Shown: one piece after another, positions 49,886 through 63,320 of the stretch | Numbering within the stretch: the first letter of the stretch is position 1 | How the letters are laid out: each line of letters starts with the position of its first letter | DNA from: Lytechinus pictus | Lineage: Eukaryota | DNA: 64,000 nt | Direction: 5' to 3' | Assembly: GCF_037042905.1 (NCBI RefSeq) | Contig: NC_087252.1 | Location: 558,001 to 622,000, forward strand | Notes under the pieces: generated by a model | Seen by the model: the letters and a program-made list of their open reading frames with translations, nothing else | Told to the model about the DNA's origin: nothing | Database searches by the model: none | Translations under genes and position numbers: made by a program

Positions 49886-52189
49886 TTCTCTCTCTCTCTC
49901 TCTTTCTCTCTCTTTCGCTTCTTAAAATCAAACTCTGAACAAGGTTCGAGATATGGAACAGCCTGGTTACTAAATGAATCGTGATTAGTGTGTTTATTGA
50001 ATCAATATCCAAAATGCGTAAAGTAAGTCGAAATAGAATAACAAATATCTTATTTAGCTGACATAGATTACAGAAACATGACATAATATTCATATTTTTG
50101 TACATAATAAATGCAAGATAAATATATTAGTAGAATTAGTAGCCAGAAAAGACCGAATAGTAATCTCTGCTCTATTATTTTAGCGAAACGAATGCTAGGA
50201 TACAAGGTTTTTTTGTCTACATGCACATCCGTCATGTTTCAGTTTGAAATATAAAGATTGGATAGATAAATTATGATAAAGTTAAAATAAAACTTTTATT
50301 CATTAAAGGGGTACGTAGCTGACAATTATATAATTTGGACTTATGAAGAAAGATAAGACAAACAAAACACTGAAATTTTATCAACATCGGACAAGGAATG
50401 TCATATAATAACACAATAATATTACAAGTTTAGACAATATGAATATTTGCATTATTACTGTGAAACAGTTTTATGCAATATATCTTTTTTCATATTCAAT
50501 GAGCAAATTGACGGTGTCATATCCCCGCCTGTTCTTATATATTTTATTACATACAATGATGTTTATTCATTTTGTTTCCCTCTAAGATAAAAAAACTGAA
50601 TAGACAACTGATATATACATTAGCTATTTAGTCATGTCACTTATACTTTATCATAAGCATGATAAGGGAGACGTATAATGCACATGTATGCAAATGATAT
50701 CAAACAATTATGATTTTATGTAAAACCATAAAAAAGGAAAATGGAAGATGAAATAGCTAAACATTAAAATCCAATAATCTTGTTTTTGGTATCAGATTTC
50801 AATGAAACTTTCACCATTTTGCTCAATGTATCTCACTGTATTCAAAACAGATATCTTTATTATTAGTCCCGAGCATCCAGGGTAATATTATCCAAGTCCT
50901 CTGGAAGCGCATGAAATGTGTTATGCGCTATACAAGAACTGACTATTATTAGTAGTATTATCTTAAAATCTAAATGAATGTTAATAATTCATAAGTATTT
51001 GTAAATTTATTGTTTTTAAACAATATCAATTACTGAAGGATATTCTTTTAAATTTCATCAACTATGGGTAATAAATAACGATTCATGTAGGTAAGTAATC
51101 AAACCAACATCGTACTATTAGATAAAATTCAACTCCATCTAGCCATTTCTGAAAGATGACGCGAAAGATTCCATATATTCATTGTATTCCAGTTATTGAC
51201 CGCGTGCCTCTAAACCCATCCTAATGTCCTTTATTGACCTGTGATATTTTTCATCGTAGGAAAGTGTTTTCCCAATTCGTTTTTTTAAGGACACCGTACA
51301 CCTTACGACTAGTCCAAGATACGATTTTGGAACATTTGGAACAAATCGAATATTGCGCATTTTCTGAAAATGTGAATGAAAAGTACATTGTATTTAAGTT
51401 TCAAACTGTGTTATATATACGAATTGTAAGAGTAATTAAATTCATTTATTTGATTATTTTCTCTTTAAGGATATTAATAGCATAGAATGATTAAACATAT
51501 TCCAGAATGTCTCAGTAAAGATTTGGTAGTCATGCCTACACCTATTTAAAGGCTGATGGATTTTGTTATTTCTGAATAGAGATTGGTTCACAATAGACTC
51601 GTAGTGGTAGTGAAAAAGAACAATAGGATTAGCTATGCTGTTTACATTGTTAATTTCACTGAGGTCATTCAAGAGTCTTCTAAAATTAGACTGCTCTAGA
51701 AACTGGCAGAATGTTCTTTTCGTAGACAATACTAGAAGCTTCCAGAATAGTGAATAATTTGGATATAAGCTACCAGTTTCTTCAAGGACATTATCATATC
51801 AGATCAGAACTCAGAGTTTCACACTAGACTTTATGTCGGAGCATAGTCTATTTCCAACTGAAATACATTTATCTTCTGTGGAATTTTTTCACGCCATCAA
51901 TGACCTGTTTGCAGCAGTATACTATCCCAGGTTTTTATTTTAATATCAATTTCTTCTATGTTATATTTCACATTCGGGGCGCAGACCAATCTTAAGGTGT
52001 GCGGTGTCCTTCATTTCGTGATACAAGCCCAATAACGTGAGTATAATTAATTATATTAATTAAGCCGAGTGACGTCATAAAATATAACGTTTAAGTAACC
52101 AAAGTGATGACCAAAGTCATGACATAAATGAGTTGTTCACCTAAAAATAGTTGCACGGCAAGTTACGAACGTAATAAGTATCACAGGTT

Positions 52190-52870
52190 ATCCAATGTTA
52201 GTATCGTGAGAGCGGAACTCATGGCTATTTTAATGGCACTTGAGTGGTTAGACTCTTTTGATAAATCTATTCAGTTGTAATTTTTTGTGACTCTTAGTCA
52301 GCATTGAATATGATTGATTCATATTTAATAAAATGCACTATTGTTAATGAAATTTTATTAAGAATTCATGAAACTCAGTTTGAAAGATATTTGTATTAAT
52401 TTTGAATGGATTCCCTCACATTGTGATATTAGCGGCAATGAGACCGTTGATAAAGCTGCCAAGAAAGGAGCGGCGAAATTTTTTGTTGACATCGTTTTAC
52501 CAAGCACTATAAATGAACTTACATGCTCACGCATGAAATTTTATAAAGGTATATGGCAAGCAGAATGGAATGCTCCTAGAAATGGTAGATTTTTATATGC
52601 CATTCCTGATAATGTATTTAAGCAGGCATATAGAAAAGGTTTTTCTCGGAAAGTAGGTAAGTGCAAATTATTTTGTTTCAAATTTAACAGCACTCTTCAG
52701 GCCTCTGTGAGGTGCGCAAAGTATTTGAGACTATTCAACATTATATTCTATTTTGTTCAAAATATGAAAAAGAGAGACGCATTTATGTTTAATAAACTTA
52801 AGATGAATGAACCGAATCATCCTAACCCTAACAATTGCTAATTAATCCCGATTATACACGGGAACTTTTA
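52190..52870 (+). mobile_element. Decayed RNase H-containing LINE (I-group) 3' fragment
   Basis: RAELMAILMALEW...IFCDS...EWIPSHCDISGNETVDKAAK RNase H motifs, followed by a frameshifted C..ETIQHYILFC zinc-knuckle remnant. Confidence 0.75.
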
Positions 52871-53673
52871 AGTTTTATACATGCCACTGACCGTTTTGAC
52901 AGTTAGGGGGTGCTTTTTTCAAACACATTACATGAAAGAAGGATTTGAAATTCTTATTAATAAGAAACAAAGAAAAATGCAAAACAAAAGAATAAGAAAG
53001 ACGAGTAATATAAGAAGACAGGGGAATAGATTTAGAAAGATATTAATAAAAATATATACATATTTTTTTCCCCATCAGTACTTGTGCAGCAGACGCGAGA
53101 GGGCACAATATACTACAGCCGTGACTTCATCGCCTCATTAATATTCATGGCGACACGAATAGTTATAATATAGTGACATTTCAACCCATCGATCAGCTTG
53201 ATTGTTGTGTCTTAATCAGATCAGTAAGCCACACCCATCGATCAGCTTGATTGGTGTGTCTTAATCAATAGGCCAATCTTGCAGTTGAGTTAATGGCCCC
53301 GGATCGAGTCTCGCCTTTTCAAGGAATTTTCTTTAAACTGAAAATTGAGGCAAGACTCAAGTCCATTATTCATAGTCTGATTTAGAACTTCCAATATAGC
53401 CCCCTCTCGTGTCGGTTGCACAAGTACTGACAGAAGAATATCCCAGACGGGACCCAAGATTAGCATGACTCGTCTTCCATGAGTGAAATCACTTTCTCAT
53501 GTATTGCTACTATGTCTCCCTTATGATGACTTGGCATACCAAGGTATATTTATAACTGCATCGATTATCATGCATCATACCGTCTGTCATTTTCAAAGTC
53601 ACGCAATCTCTGGTATTGTCAGGTTGGTTATAGGCCCAGTCTATGAAGATATAAGAAAAGACAAAGATATTAA

Positions 53674-54257
53674 AGGAGAATGAAACCCTTGAAACCAGCT
53701 GAATCCATATCAAAGAGAAAAATCAAAGAAACATATTGTTGAAAGTTTGAGGAAGATTGAATGAATAATAAGAAAGTTATGAGCATTTGAATGTCGAGAT
53801 CACTAATGCCATGTAGATCCTCCTATTGGCAATGCGACCAAGATCTGTGATGTCACACACGTACAACTCCCTCATTACTTTAGTACTAATTTCACTTATA
53901 TTCTCACTTTTATAGAGTCTATCACAAGGTGAGGTGTTCTCTTTATGAGAGGACAAGTACAGAGGTTTCACAACATTATATCTTTGATGAATCGTTTGTC
54001 ATATGATTAGAATGAGCAAAAAGAGATGTTTTGGGGTATATTTTCAGTGTCCAAAAGGGGAGAGTTGTTCATCTGTGACATCATAGATCTTGGTCGCATT
54101 GCCAATGGGAGGATCTCCATAGCATTAGTGATCTCGACATTCAAATGCTCATAACTCTTCTATTGCTAGTCCTATTTTAATCAAACTTTTGTTGATCTTA
54201 TTCTTTGATTTTTCTGCTTTCACAAAAGCTAACTTGCTCCAAGAGTTTCATTCTCCT
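53674..54257. mobile_element. Kolobok-like MITE with long inverted arms
   Basis: TTAA|AGGAGAATGAAAC ... GTTTCATTCTCCT|TTAA; absent from copy A intron. Confidence 0.85.
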
Positions 54258-55623
54258 TTAATGAGCAAACTTCGCTCGAATCGCTTTCACATTTTTCATT
54301 AAGATGAGCACATTGTTAACGCTATAAAGTGAAGATGTTTTCCAAATATAGCACGATGTAAAATTGTTATAGATTTGGTTCACTTTTGATTTTTTTTTAC
54401 CATACGATTGTGTGGAGAAGCTGCTCACATATGACGTCACAAATTAAAAAATGTAAATTCTTAAAACTTTTTAAAACTGTAATTGACTTTTCTCAAACCT
54501 TCACAAGTATCTTTGATTATTAATTTTTTTTGTCAGGGTGAACTTTCCTATTTAGAGCTAAGTTTATGTTAACATATCATGAGCATTTAATTAGCTCTTT
54601 TCGGAACTTCAGAAAGAAGATGTTTCCTTGGAGCCGGAAAATAATAAACTTAATTTAAAAAATATGGTCAATGAATGCGTAAGAAGCCTGAAGTTGGATT
54701 TAGGGTATAGCCTTAAAACGGCCAAGAGGAGTTGAATCCTCATTATTATTATCATCATCATGAAAAGTATTAACATATATTTCCATTCTGCTTTATAAAA
54801 GGGTAAATCAATTTGATGAATTTTATTCCTGAGTTGTCATTTTTTCAAGCAGTCTGCTTCTAATGGCTATTATCCTTGTTAAAATTAGTTAGTTGTAGAT
54901 CGTATTTGTTAAGAATGACTTTATTCAGTCCATTCTTTTTCTTCATGATTCATGGCAAAAAAAACCCCCCAATGTATCATGTTATGTCATAAAAAAATAT
55001 ATTATACGAATATTATGAATGCAGAAGAAAACAATAAATCAAATCAAATCCCCCAACTCGAAATTCATTGAACGCGCCACTCAGTCTGACCTTTTATACC
55101 AAAATGCGACTCCCGGGTACGCGGTTGCAAAATTACACAACAATTATGTAAGTAAATGTCAGATCCAACATTGCTCCAAAACGTATTTTTTGAGTAAAAC
55201 TTTAATTCAAAGTGAGTTTTTCATCTTTTTCCACCAGTTGTAATAAATTAGTTCAAGAATAATCATGCTTAAAAAGGTTATGGAATAAATTTGTTGCAAT
55301 AACAACGAAAAACCAAAGAATCTACAATTGTAATTTCGTTCGTAATGATATTCCTTATCAGTTAAATTTATGTGTATTTTAATTTGTCTTGCAAAATATT
55401 TGTCGATTCAGTTGTCAAGCTGGGATTAAGTCTTGAATAAATCTTCAAATAAAGAATTAATTGCTTGCCTCAATGCTTTAGGGCAAGAGGGATCGGCGTC
55501 CTTTAAAAAAAAGTAATATCATGAATTGAAACAGAAAATTTGTCTTGTTGACCCTCAGCCTCGTGCAGTGGAGGACCGTTGGTCACGGCATTGTTTGCAC
55601 CAGCAAAAAATCTGAGTCACTTA

Positions 55624-55700
55624 TACCGTGTTTACACTTAATCGGCGTTTGGTTCAGAACCGCGAGCCGATTCAAAAGCCGATTAAGTGTAAACACGGTA
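55624..55700. mobile_element. 77-bp Harbinger-like mini MITE
   Basis: TTA|TACCGTGTTTACACTTAATCGGC ... GCCGATTAAGTGTAAACACGGTA|TTA. Confidence 0.75.
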
Positions 55701-55961
55701 TTAGATAATAGTTGCTTGGTATACTGACCTAATAAAGATATTTTTACGGACAGTACCATTAAACGGATATGTATCTCACTGATCAATAATGCGAGCGCGA
55801 AGTGCAAGCTGAAATTTTTGTATATTGACACCAAACAGGGATATTGTAAGGACTATTTTTTTAAGGAATCCATTAAGAGTATACATATCTCACCATAGTC
55901 ATCTAGTGCGAGTGTTAAGCGCTTGCTGATTTTGTTAGAATTACATCTGAACACATGAAAC

Positions 55962-56634
55962 TATGGAAGCTTAAAAGTGCCACCGAGATGTTGGGAAGTC
56001 GACATCGTGATAGCAAAAGATCAGATGACGAGATCCTGGATCTCATCATGTCCAGATCTTTCAGAAGACATGATCAGATGACAAGATCCCGGATCTCGTC
56101 ATGTCGACATCTTTTAGAAGAGATGATCAGATGACAAGATCCTGGATCTCGTCATGTCGACATCTTGTACAAGAGATGATCAGATGACAAGATCTTCTAT
56201 CTCGTCATGTCTACATCCAGTGGAAGAGATGGTCAGATGACATGATCTCGTAACTCGTCATGTCTACATCTTTTAGAAGAGATGATCAGATGACATGATC
56301 ATGGATCGATGATCTTGTCATCTGATCATCTCTTCTACAAGATGTCGACATGACGATCTGGGATCTTGTCTTCTGATCATCTCTTCTAAAAGATGTCGAC
56401 ATTACGATCTGGGATCTTGTCTTCTGATCATCTCTTCTAAAAGATGTCGACATGACGAGATCCGGGATCTTGTCATCTGATCATCTCTTCTAAAAGATGT
56501 CGACATGACGGGATCCGGGATCTTGTCATCTGATCATCTCTTCTGAAAGATGTGGACATGATCTTTTGCTATCATTATGTCGACTTCCCAAGATAATTAT
56601 CGCAACATCTCGGTGGCACTTTTAAGCTTCCGTA
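55962..56634. mobile_element. Foldback non-autonomous DNA transposon, TAY..RTA termini and 6-bp TSD (IS3EU-like)
   Basis: TSD TGAAAC (55956-55961, 56635-56640); TIR TA(T/C)GGAAGCTTAAAAGTGCCACCGAGATGTTG; internal 53-bp units in two opposed arrays; empty site at ~18284 in unit 1. Confidence 0.8.
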
Positions 56635-57166
56635 TGAAACACTTTTTGTAGTCATAGTAATCATGATTATCATACGCATCTGAGTACTCAAATATCTCTT
56701 CAATCCACTAATGCAAACGTAAGCATGGGCAGGAAATGTTTTATATTAAGACCTTAAAATGGGGCAATCACTTTAAGTAGTCATGAAAAAAGAATAACTC
56801 GAAGTGCGAGGAAATATATTTGGTGTATATTGACTTGAAAACGGTTTTTTTTTAGTACAACAGGATTATATATCTCGTTAAACAGAGAATGCGAGCACCA
56901 GGGACAATGAAGTCATAGGCCCTTGGCAAATTATGTTTCATAACGTTTTGTAAAAAAATGTTTCTTATATAATATAACATAACAAACTGTATAATATAAT
57001 ACAACATTGTAATAGACATTAATTTCTTCTTTCCCACTGCGCTTCTCTTCCTCTTTTTTTCTTTCCCCCGTTTTTTGGGGGGTCAGCCGATGGAGGGGGC
57101 ACGTGCCCCCATGCTCCCCGTAGTTACGCCACTGGCCTCGTGGACCCTCGCTTTCGTGTACCATCA

Positions 57167-57864
57167 GGACGCACACTAATATGATCCGGCAATTTCAGGG
57201 GAGCATTTCATGAAAGGACATGTCAGACGTTAATTCGACAAGTCCCATTTTATCCGACAGTTACCATAGTGATAGTGCTTCTCAGCCAATCAAAATCAAG
57301 GAAAGATGTCAGATCTGACATTTTGTCGGACAAAAATGTTGATGAAACGCCCCCGGGAATCCCCTTTAAACCCGTACCTCAAATGACGTAATGGTTGGGA
57401 AAATATTCATATAAAATCAACGGTGCATATATGCACCGTTGATTTTATATGAATATTTTTTGTATATGAATTTTTTTGTATATGAAAAATTGTTCAGATA
57501 TATCTGAACAATTTTTGTCATATGGGCTTAGAAAGGGATTACTACTGGATCTGTTCAGTCCCATGGGAGAGCAGTTATTTGTCATTAGTGTGTTTTATGG
57601 GAACTTAATTAGTTGCCCAAGAAACCCTTTGAGCACTGTGACTGCAACCACGTTTGCACGTACAGTAGTTTTGGTTTGAGCCCCTGTAGCGCCAAAAATG
57701 CTGAAAAACACCTTTTCATATACTTAGCGTTTAAAGGATATTGGATGAACTACCAAATGATAAAGGTGTGGATGATGTCATTACTAAGACTTATTTTTTG
57801 CGATTTTTTCAAATCTCATTTTTAACCCATGAGTCTATGGGGAAATAGTTAGTGGTGTGCGCCC
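57167..57864. mobile_element. Harbinger-like insertion with nested MITE and a 60-bp perfect palindrome
   Basis: TCA|GGACGCACACTA ... TGGTGTGCGCCC|TGA; absent at the paralogous site ~19028; nested GGGGAGCATTTCAT...ATGAAACGCCCCC ~57199-57355. Confidence 0.6.
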
Positions 57865-59352
57865 TGAAGCCACATGGGATAATCCCAGGGTTCTTAGAAA
57901 CGAACATAAAGGGCAGCATCAATCTGCTTCCCTCTACGCTCGTTGGATTTTTACTTACTTCGGTAGTCAGTTTGTGTGTCTTGTCTGTCGGTGTAGCAGA
58001 GGTATGATCCGCTTATTCTTTTACAGTTCAACCAGATCCATCCATCGGTAATGAGAGTCTTTAAGATGACGTACTCTTCATCACTCTCTACGGAGACTAG
58101 GGTAGGGTCCTCCATGATCCCGTTACCCATGGCAACAGCATCCAAACTATTACAGTGGTCTTTAGCTGCTTGGTAAGACGCGGATGAGGATGTTACCAAG
58201 AAACATTTGGTGCCCGCATACTCCCAATCGGCTAGACACACTTGATGAAAGGATAAAACGTGGATCACACGATTCATGTAACAGACCGATTCAGTTTGTT
58301 TGCTGTTTTATCAAACAAGTTTTAGATGAATAAGGTTCAAGTTCAAATGCAAGATGTATAATGAAAAATAACTTATGCACTGACAAAGCAAATTTTATGG
58401 CTTATCATTACATACTGAAAGTGCTTTTGTTCTACTTTTGGAGCCACCATCCCTATTGCCATTAGCATAATTAGGAACCAGGCCAATAATACATTGACTT
58501 CAATGAGGCTAATCATTTATTCATGATATCTCAGGCCCGCATCGAACGATTCCCACCAAATTTTGGAAATGTGAGTTTTTCATCATGCTCTACCAAAATA
58601 TGATATAAAAAACGCTGAAATGCAAAAAAGTTTCTTGTGAAGTCATCAATTATTACATAATATTCTGCCTAGAATATTCATGAGGCGTAGTCTGACTAAA
58701 TAAACCCAATTGGGTCATGACCATGGGAAGCAAGGTGCTGGGGTATAATTGTCAATAAGCAGCACTCTCAGATATTCCGGAAGATGTATAAAAATTGAAA
58801 AATGTATCTTTTGTAGTGATACCCTTTTATTTTACTTTTAGAATTTCTCGGTACCAATGTGACCTCGAATTTAAAAAAAAAATCCCCTTCTATTTTGCTT
58901 TTCAAATTTCCATAAGCGCCACTACTTAAAAAAAAAAAACGTTCCCAGGGCCCTGAATCGGGTACCATTCATGTTAACTAACCCATATCATTAGTGGGGA
59001 AAATACGCTTGCCGCCATGAATTATAGAGTTCTGGGGTCATATTCATCTGATTTATGCACAGTATTCAAATCGCGCATGCACTGTAAAGCATATCGAATA
59101 CAATTTTCAAAACAGAAGCATCATTAATGCAATATATGTTAAATAAGAACAATTGTATTCATTATAACTAGATGCTATATTTTTGAGATTCAAACTACAA
59201 ACTACTGATTTTTATAATATTCAGGCAGTGATTTTGACGGGACGACTATTAAACTTTAAGGAACAATGGAGGAACAGTAGAATTGAAGAAGTGAACATTG
59301 TGAAACTGTATAATCAATTGAAATGCATACGATTACATGAACACTAATAATA

Positions 59353-59611
59353 GCGTTGTGGCCCAGTGGATTAGTATTCGGACTTTGAAACAGAGGGTCG
59401 TGGATTCGAATCCCAGCCATGTCGTAATTTCCTTCGGCAAGAAACTGATCCACAATGTGCTGCACTCAACCCAGGTGAGGTAAATGGGTACCGGTAGGAA
59501 GTAATTCCTTAAAAAGCTGTGTGCGCTATGAACGCCTAGCTTAGCCGGGTAATATAGGAGCGCCTTGAGCACCAGCAAGGTGGATATGTGCGCAATATAA
59601 ATACCCTATAT
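59353..59611 (+). mobile_element. tRNA-derived SINE with L2-like tail
   Basis: A-box TGGCCCAGTGG, B-box GATTCGAATCC, central CACTCAACCCAGGTGAGGTAAATGGGTACC, tail GCGCAATATAAATAC; flanked by TAATAATA repeats; absent in unit 1 (~22450). Confidence 0.8.
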
Positions 59612-59790
59612 TAATAATACTAAAAATAATTATCAAACTGAATGACGGTAAAATGTAACTGAAAATAACAACATACTTCTTCTTGATGTATTTTAAACAA
59701 GATTAAAGTCATGACCAGTAGTTAATTTTCTTAAAGTTAAAGTGACACCCCCGAGAGGACAGTATCTCCGACTATGTCTACTACTTTAAT

Positions 59791-59960
59791 GGAGGCGCCG
59801 TGGCTGAGTGGTCTAAGGCGCCTGGTTATACATGGAAAGTCCGGGTTTCGATCCCCTTGAGCAAGGCATTTGATCTACAATGCTCTTTTATCCTGTCTTC
59901 AAATAAATGGAAATGCTATATCCATATGCATACTAGGTGTATTTAAAAAAAAAGAAGATC
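59791..59960 (+). mobile_element. tRNA-derived SINE fragment
   Basis: GGCGCCGTGGCTGAGTGGTCTAAGGCG ... GGTTTCGATCCCC then CTTGAGCAAGGCATT; absent in unit 1 (~22618). Confidence 0.65.
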
Positions 59961-61409
59961 GACGACACAGTTTTTTTATTTTATTTTAATGTATTACAAG
60001 ACTTATGTATGCTTACTTGGAATCTCACAATTCTTTCCAAGATATGCCTCAAGACAGGAGCAGCTTTAGCCATCCAATTCTTCCTTGCACAATCCACCAT
60101 TCTTACACGGATTAGAGTAACATGCTGTAAAAGGGACGTTAAAAAATGGTGACTCCACTGTACTATATAGCTGCCGGGTGGGTGTTTCATAAAGTTGTTT
60201 GTAAGTTAAGAGCGGCTTTACGAAAGACTGGTGAAACTTTCTTACCCGCTAAATAATATCGAATTAACATTAACATTTAATGTTGAATATCATTTACCAC
60301 AAAGATGGATCATTATAGTCGTTCTTAAACTTACTGACAGCTTCATAAAACGGAATGCCTGGTAAAGCGTCGCAAACTATCACCTTTTTAATAAAAAAAA
60401 AACAATCTAATTAAAGCGCACCTAATATTTTAATCGTACATCTCAGGTCCATATAGACCGCCCGAATTGCCATACCTCATACATTTATGTAGAATTGACA
60501 AGAGTATCTGCTTGAGAAAGTGCGCTCTACCGTAAATTCGATATCTAATTAGTTAATTATTTTCCATTCACTGTTTCTTTTATGCAATTCTACATGGATG
60601 GATGGATGGATGCAGAAAGGGAATGAAAATTCCTTTGTTATAATATAATTGGACATCAAAATGTTAATCAATCCTTTTTGATGCCCCAACATAAAAAACT
60701 CAACGAAAAACCACTTATGTATCATAAACACAATGATACTGCATGCATTAAAGTAATTTAATAGTGAAGAGCAGTCGAGGTTTCCCCAGAGGTGAGATGA
60801 GTTTGCTACAGTTGCATCGGGCTTTCTTTTATCTAGTAGGGTTAGGGTTGCAAGAGAGCATTATTATCATAAAATGTTTAAGGGGAACTTGCTAATTCGT
60901 CTACTGCCAACTCGTCCACTCACCACATGGCCTACCTTCATTTAGTCTAATGTCATTCCTTCAATTTTGTCTTTCAACTATTTGGTCGAACCATCATTTC
61001 GTATAATCAACAGTTCATCTATGACCATTTCGTCACAAAATCAGTTGGTCTAGTATTTATTTTTTTTTCCTTCATTTCCTTCAATTAACACTTAGTCCAA
61101 TTAGACCAAATGGTATATGGATTAAATGGCTATTGGAGCAACTGGTAATTAGATGAAATGATGACATTGTAACTAGACTACGTGGATAGTGGACGAACTA
61201 ATATTAGGCCAAATGATAGTAGAAAAGTTGGTAATTGGACGAATTGGCATTAGACCAAATGAAAATAAACCGAAGGGTATAGTGTTAAATGCAGGGTTGA
61301 AGTTAGCTGAGCAACTGTTGCCGGGGCAAGTATCATGTAATCAGTTCGTCTGGAACCCAGTACTATCCAATGTATTTGTAGCAACAAAGGATCGTTACTT
61401 GTATCGACT

Positions 61410-63320
61410 CTTTCTCTGTCTCTTTCTATAAGATTCATGATGAAGTCTTCTTAAAATCAAACACTGAACAAGGTTCGAGATTTGGAATAGCCTGGTTACT
61501 AAATGAATCGTGATTAGTGTTTTTATTGAATCAATATCCAAAATGCGTAAAGTAAGTCGAAATAGAATAACAAATATATTTTCTTTAGTTAACATAGATT
61601 ACAGAAACATGACGGAGTATTTATATTTTTTAACATAATAAATGCAAGATAAATATATTAATAAGAATTAGTATCCAGAAAAGACCAAATAGTAATCTCT
61701 GCTCTATCATTTTAGCGAAACAATGGTAAGATACAGGTTTTTTCATACATGCACATCCTTCATTTTTCAGTTTGAAATATAAAGATTGAATAGATAAATT
61801 ATGATAAGGTTAAAATAAAACTTGTATTCATTAAGAGGGTGCGTAACTGACAATTATATAATTTGAACTTATGAAGAAAGATCAGACAAACAAAACATTG
61901 AAAATGTTATCAACATCGGACAATGAATAACATATAATAACACAATAACATTACAAGACATTTTAAATATTTGCATTATTACAGTGAAACAGTTCTATGC
62001 AATATATTTTTTGCATATTCAATGAGCAAGTTGACGGTGTGATATCCCCGCCTGTTCTTTTATATTTTATTACATAAGATAATGTGTATTTAATTGTATT
62101 CCTCTAAGAATAAAAAACAGAATAGACAACTAATTTAATACATTAGTTATTTAGTGCTGCCACTTATATTTCATCATAAGGGAGACATATGACACACATA
62201 TGTATGCAAATGATATCAAACGATTATGATTTTATGTAATACCATAAGAAAAAGGAAAATGGGACATAAAATTGCTAAACATTAAATTTCAATAATTTTG
62301 TTTTTGGTATCAGAATTTAATGAAACTTTCACCATTTTGCTCAATTAATCTTACTGTATTTAGTACAGATATCTTTATTATTAGTCCCGAGCACCCATCT
62401 GAGAATATAAATGAATTTTAATAATTCATAAGTATTTGTAAATTTAAAGTTCTTAAACAATATAAATAACTGAAGGATATTCTTTTAAATTTCATCAACT
62501 ATGGGTAATAAATAACAATTCAATTCCAATTCAATTCTTTATTTCATTTCCATTCAAAGCTAGTTTACAGTAATATTCATAAATCAAGCAAGCATTGTAC
62601 TATGAGATAAAATTCAGATGACGCGAAAGATTCCATATACATATATTCATTGTATTTCAGTTATTGACCGCGTGCCTCTAAACCCATCCCAATTGACCTG
62701 TGATATTTTTCATCGTAGAAAAGTGTTCCCCCATTCGTCTTTTAAGATCACCGCACACCCTGGTCCAAGATCCGAGTTTGGAACATTTGGAACAAATCGC
62801 ATTTTGTGCATTTTCTGAAAATGTGAATGAAAAGTACATTTTATTTAAGTTTAATTAGCTGTAATAACCCCAATATAACAATTTTGAAAGATTGAAAGCC
62901 TTTACATTTAGAAAAGGCAAAATCGTTTCAAATTGTAGCCAATCGTACGATTGCTATGAGGTCATTACGCTTTTATTTCAACAAGGATTATATAATAGTT
63001 ACATAATATTTGAACATAAGTATTTGTATGATGACTTAGAACATTACACAGTAAAATATCCCATCTTTCAATATCAGTATCAATTTTTACTACGTTATAT
63101 TTTACATTCGTGTCGCAAACCAATCTTAAGGTGTCCCTTATTTCGTGATACAAGCCCATTAACGTGAGGATAATTACTTGTTATCTTGATTAATTAGTTA
63201 AACTACGTTTAACTAAGCCGAGTGACGTAATGAAATGCAATGTTTAAGTAACCAAAGTGATGAGCAAAGTCATGACATGAATGAGCTGTTCACATAGAAA
63301 TAATTACACGCCAACTAACT
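61410..63320. repeat. Segmental duplication unit 3 (downstream flank of a predicted third lectin copy)
   Basis: Collinear with 49900-52170 and 14060-15530 up to CACGCCAACTAAC. Confidence 0.85.

Larger units (their letters stand above)
55566..57134. mobile_element. hAT-like element orthologous to 17954-18996, with nested insertions
   Basis: Same GCCTCGTG TSD and CAGTGG...CCACTG ends. Confidence 0.8.
53510..60124 (-). pseudogene. EGF + C-type lectin copy B (pseudogene)
   Basis: Exons 60124-60017 (EGF, TAT>TAA at 60068-60066), 58240-57959, 53640-53510 (NWAYNQPDNTRDCVTLKMTDGMMHDNRCSYKYTLVCQ); first three exons removed by a deletion joined at 60352-60353. Confidence 0.85.
49900..61305. repeat. 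Segmental duplication unit 2 (carries lectin copy B)
   Basis: Collinear with 14060-26720 and, at its left end, with 61410-63320. Confidence 0.9.

Noticed and set aside
56019..56560. CRISPR-like 53-bp repeats
   Set aside because: No spacers; internal to a TIR element with a TSD.
59353..59430. tRNA gene (also 59791-59857)
   Set aside because: A/B boxes present but no complete cloverleaf; continues into SINE body and is absent from the paralogous site.
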